Below are positions 60,300-64,000 of a DNA stretch of 64,000 nucleotides, one piece after another. The DNA comes from Marsupella aquatica (taxonomy: Eukaryota; Plantae; Marchantiophyta): NCBI GenBank assembly GCA_973895155.1, contig OZ316898.1:16475420-16539419 (forward strand), in the 5' to 3' direction. Within the stretch, counting starts at the first letter, position 1. Each line of letters starts with the position of its first letter. A program made the translations under genes and the position numbers. The notes beneath the pieces were generated by a model that saw only the letters and a program-made list of their open reading frames with translations, had not been told where the DNA came from and searched no databases.

Positions 60300-63200
60300 C
60301 GCTCTATCTGTATGGTTGATGCATTCACGATGTGAGATTTAAGACTGTAGATCTTTGACAGGTAACAGCTGAAGGTTATACTTCAAGTGAAACCTAGTCA
60401 TTCATGTTGAAATTAGAATTGATGGCTATATGACTTGGTTTGCGCATTGCAGGTCCTTTTACTGATGGCTTCTGCACTGACCTTTGAGGAGATTGGCCAA
60501 AATTCTGCTGCTGAGTACCAGCGAGTAAGGCAACAACGTATTGCTGAAATAACAGAAATGATACATGTAGGCCATCCCACCTACCATCAAGAACTAGTAG
60601 AATTGTGCCATAAAGTCAGTCTAATTGTGGCTGTGCTTAAATGCATTTTTAAGGTAACAGGTACATTTGCACGTTAGGATTAGCGCGCTTCCTGGCCCCG
60701 CCCCGCCCCGCCCCGCCCCGGCCCCCCGTGCGTACCCATAAAACAGAAACAGAAAACGATTTAAGATAAAACAGAAAGCAATGCGACAAAAGGAAGAATG
60801 AACACTATCTGTATCTGGTATTTCCCCATGTTAAAACCAGGGAGGTTTTTGTAGGAATTACACCCTCTACAGCCCCGAGAATTTTGAAGTTATGGAGAAT
60901 ATGAGCTGTTACTGCTGTCTACTGTAATAGAGCGTGCTTTTGTAGTTATAAAAGATTTGTTCTGTAAAGAGTGCAGGTAGCAAGCCTTCTGCACGATGAT
61001 GTGTTGGATCATGCAGACACACGCAGAGGCATTGGCTCGTTAAATCATGTTATGGGGAATAAGGTACAGTCCGTTATACGCGTGCTTGAAAACGCCATCT
61101 CTAACTTAAAATAAGGGTCAACTTGGTGTATTGTATGGATGATCGTGATAAGTTCTTCCAGATTGCCATGCGACTAGCCTTAGCTTTCCCTCTGTTGGAG
61201 GAAATACTCAATTGGTGGTGCTTGGGATTGATGTTTGGCAGTTGGCAGTATTGGCTGGGGACTTTCTACTTTCCAGAGCTTCTGTTGCACTCGCTTCATT
61301 GCACAATACTGAGGTACCGCTTTTCTCACCGAGAGCACTGCCTGTTTCAAAAAATTCTACTTCGTTTATTTGTGACGGTCTCTAAGAAAGTCCTCTTTTT
61401 GGTCGCTTTTGTATGGGAGATGCTACTACGGGTTCTCCAACGCATGGTCCATTTTAAATACAGTACAAGTCAATCATATGCATTGGCCCTCATGAAATGA
61501 TTGGGGTGACGACAAGGTTGTGGAGTTGCTTTCGAAGGTGTTAGAGCACCTTGTCACTGGTGAAATCATGCAGCTGACAACAGAGACGCAAGAGATGTGC
61601 AGGTGCTCTAAACCCTGACAGTGGGTATCACTTATTCTTTTGCACGTAGCGCCGACAGTTCTTTAAATTGGATCAACTTTTGTTTGCAAGATCCCTGTCC
61701 CTTCAGCTTTTTCACTCGGCCTTCTGTTCTGTTGATAAATCAAAGCTAATAGTTGGAGACAAAATTCGGGCTCAGCTTATCGAAGTGCTTGCTGTTCAGA
61801 TCAAATTTATTGCATTCATGTTTCATCTATCAATTGCTCTAATGCAGTGTTCAACTGCTGATTGTTTTATTCTTGGTGTAGCAGCATGGAGTATTACATG
61901 CAAAAGACTTTTTACAAAACTGCATCTCTCATGGCAAACAGCTGCAAATCAATCGCACTACTGGCCGACCAGCCCAGAGAAGTTGCGGATCTTGCATTTG
62001 AATATGGGCGTCATTTGGTAGGAATTCGTTCAGACCCCGCTGTGACTTTAATGTCTACAGGAGAATTTTCTTTTGGGCACCCTTTTGAATAGTCATTTGT
62101 CAATGTTGTCAAGTATGGTTCGTCATTGTTATCCATCTGCAGCACCTTGAGGATGATAAGATGACCTCTACACTTGTTTTTTTGCAGTTTTGGATTGATT
62201 GGGTTTAATATTGTGATTCTAAGTTGGCGGTTATCTACAGGGGCTCGCATTTCAACTTGTTGATGATTCTTTAGATTTTATTGGAACAAAAGCCACTTTA
62301 GGGAAGCCAACACTTTCAGATCTTGCTCAGGTATCGTGGTTTCCACTTGTGGGACATTTAAACTTTTTGTCTTCTTTTCTTTAGTTTTTTTGTTGTGTCT
62401 AGTGATGTACGAGTTTGTTTCCAACGTTTTTCTTAACTTTTGAAGTGGATTTGGGAATAGAAACCATATTAGCTCTGTTAGTATTTGTTGAGGTGTCATC
62501 TTCGTTTTGAAGTCAGTACTTTGTCGGAGTATCAACGAGCCCCAAACTAGGTTCTTGCTCGTTCTCTGATATTAAATTGGATGCCGGTAGAACTTTCCCT
62601 ACGCACTTCTGCACAACTTGCTTTTCGGAATATGCCCACTTCGTATGTTCGATAATGAATCTGGTTGCTTTTCGTGCATACGTGCAATACTGTGCTTTTC
62701 AGAGTATTCACTTGTGGTGGCCTCCAGACCTTATTTTTGTTTCAGCTACCACCGCCTGCAGAAATGTTGAGCATCCAGACGCCTGAACTGTTGCCCTACC
62801 TGGATCACCGTTGTGTGATTCCGTGTCTTAAGCGGAAAGATTTTAGATCTTTCTTAACATTTATTGTCTACTTTGCAGGGGATAGCTACGGCCCCTGTCC
62901 TGTTTGCTCTAGAGGAGCACCCACGAATATATGATCTTGTTGACCGCAAGTTCAGGAGGTCTGGAGATGTTGACCAGGTAATGCTATAAGGTGACTGGAA
63001 TAAATACTCGCATGCGAAGAAATGCGATCGGAATATTTAAGTTGCAACTACCACTCGAGTTAAGAAATTGATGTTTACACGAAAAGATATTGTGGCCTTC
63101 AATCATGTCCATGTTCTTTGGGAATGATGAGATTTTAACTCTTGTTGGCCCACTTTGGCAGGCTTTAGAGATGGTCCGGAACAGTCGAGGCATTCTGAGG

Positions 63201-63341
63201 ACTCAGCAACTAGCTGCCCATCATGCCCATCAAGCTGCCCTTGCCATCTCTGGTTTACCACCCACTTCGTCCCAGAGGGCGCAACTGTGCAGGAGAGCTC
63301 TCACAGAGTTGACCGAGCAGGTCATTACCCGATCAAAGTGA
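57072..63341 (+). CDS. All-trans long-chain prenyl diphosphate synthase (GPS1/SPS3-like solanesyl diphosphate synthase), about 12 exons, with Ser-rich transit-peptide-like N terminus
   Basis: Exons [79 protein letters not shown]; first two exons less certain. Confidence 0.9.
59884..60040. repeat. Intronic ~90-bp tandem duplication
   Basis: TGCAGAGCTGACAAGGCTCTGTGCACCTTGATGTGAGCAGGA occurs twice. Confidence 0.85.
60248..60298. repeat. Poly-C and (CA)n microsatellite in an intron
   Basis: Read directly; a (GCCCC)n run also lies at ~60695-60727. Confidence 0.9.
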
Positions 63342-64000
63342 GGTAAATTTTGTGGGTCGAAGGTGACCAAACTTTGGGTTGTGGGAACATATTCCCTTAA
63401 TAAAAATCGAATCAAGAACTATTACCGGATACATTGCCATGAAAGGTGGATTGTATTATCTGTTACTACTGCATCCATCCTCCAGGGTTATTATTTTTCC
63501 ACACACTGCCCATGATGTTAACCGTGTTGCCAGCACAATGTGGTTTACCGGTTGATGTCAGCGCCAGACTGAGCTTCATTATGTCAAGAAAACGTCTGCC
63601 CTCTAGGCAATTGTTCAGAACAAGGGTGCAAAAGACAAAAAAGGGAAGGGGAAAACCCTAAAATGCACCGAGGAAAGTCGTGAAATTAAACTGCGGGGGC
63701 CCACTCACAATCACGAGTTCCCTCCAGAAGTAGCATCTACAAGTACAGCAACCGCCATGAATGACAACAAAGACGCGCCCACCAAAGGTTTGCTTGGGCA
63801 TCTCGGTCAGGATTCATATTGTGCTCACTTATAACCAATTGAGAAATTATAATCACAGCAAGACAAAATGTGATCGTTTGATATCTGCCAGAAATGAGAT
63901 GCATCTTGAATCGGAGATCAGACACTACACTAGAGTCTCAATGATTAAAGCGACACAAGACATTACACGAATGTGATGGGGGCCGATTTACAAAATCGTT

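Noticed and set aside
1-64000. Numerous 60-190-aa antisense or shadow ORFs in the ORF track
   Set aside because: They overlap recognised TE or host coding sequence or repeats and carry no independent motifs

Overview
A eukaryotic nuclear window, most likely from a non-seed land plant (inferred from the TE families, spliceosomal introns and CG/CHG-type decay). The first ~42.5 kb is a nest of transposons: three related non-chromoviral Ty3/gypsy elements (A, B, C) plus a further LTR fragment of family B (D), a Bianca-type Ty1/copia with identical 147-bp LTRs, two convergent MULE/SWIM transposase pseudogenes and a CRE-like non-LTR element. The last ~21 kb holds three host genes among LINE fragments: an intronless OLA1/YchF, a spliced RNase H1 and a spliced trans-prenyl (solanesyl/geranyl) diphosphate synthase. 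The main observation is that two divergent gypsy families have giant LTRs (about 3.7 and 4.7 kb) that contain a long sense-strand gene (plant-mobile-domain-like region plus coiled coil). In family B the distal ~1.1 kb of this gene is seen in both LTRs. Family B also has a candidate -1 ribosomal frameshift signal (GGAUUUU, 5-nt spacer, 10-bp stem) placed after the protease. All family and domain names come from motif recognition by eye; no database search was run.
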